From IMG/VR virus record IMGVR_UViG_3300024249_000004, positions 1 through 41,836 of that record: DNA of 41,836 nucleotides. The stretch is one strand, 5' to 3'. The notes beneath the pieces are model-generated. The model did no database searches. It was not told the DNA's origin and saw nothing but the letters and a program-made list of their open reading frames with translations. Positions 41,688 to 41,836 of this stretch are shown in pieces. The translations under genes were made by a program, and so were the position numbers. The stretch is from a virus (Duplodnaviria > Caudoviricetes). Numbering within the stretch: the stretch's first letter is position 1; every line of letters begins with the position of its first letter.

Positions 41688-41836
41688 ATGCCGCAGCTAA
41701 TCAGGAACCCGGACGACGTTTTGATCGCGCTGTTCAAGAACGGCACGGTGATCAACGAGGACAAGAGCGCCAAGGCCGGCCGGCCAATTCACGACGACCG
41801 CGAAATCTGCGAAATCCGCGTGCCCGGCTCGCGTGA
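41688..41836 (+). CDS. 5' part of the junction-spanning gene (continues at 1-707)
   Basis: AAGGA RBS, ATG 41688, MPQLIRNPDDVLIALFK. Confidence 0.85.
   Translation, partial: MPQLIRNPDDVLIALFKNGTVINEDKSAKAGRPIHDDREICEIRVPGSR
41710..41836. repeat. Terminal direct repeat, copy 2
   Basis: Identical to 1-127. Confidence 0.95.

Overview
The window is an apparently complete, circularly permuted, GC-rich dsDNA tailed-phage genome. Bases 1-127 repeat exactly at 41710-41836, so the unit length is about 41,709 bp. The architecture is podovirus-like and the host is probably an alphaproteobacterium (inference). The + strand late module runs 27984->41836/1->14354: terS, terL, portal, head accessory and Ig-like proteins, scaffold, major capsid, adaptor, nozzle, ejection proteins, tail fibre and lysis genes. 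The replication module (16275-25077) encodes an SNF2 helicase, family A polymerase, SSB-like protein, DUF2800-like nuclease, VRR-NUC and primase-helicase. Early/accessory genes and a divergent HTH switch lie at 25.3-27.9 kb. I recognised no integrase, tRNA, CRISPR array or reverse transcriptase. The most notable observations are: (1) five + strand hairpins with different stems but an identical G-GGCAG-C loop, four of them at late-gene translation starts; (2) a 2OG-Fe(II) oxygenase, HD-like protein and GNAT cassette, with a Gly/Pro-rich repeat protein, inside the tail/ejection module; (3) HNH homing-endonuclease cassettes that duplicate or recode the ends of neighbouring virion genes and carry their own expression controls; (4) a phage-borne PEP-CTERM-like exosortase substrate; (5) an AUA start codon and a candidate AAA-AGG +1 frameshift in late-module genes. 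All product calls come from motif recognition and synteny by eye; no database search was run.
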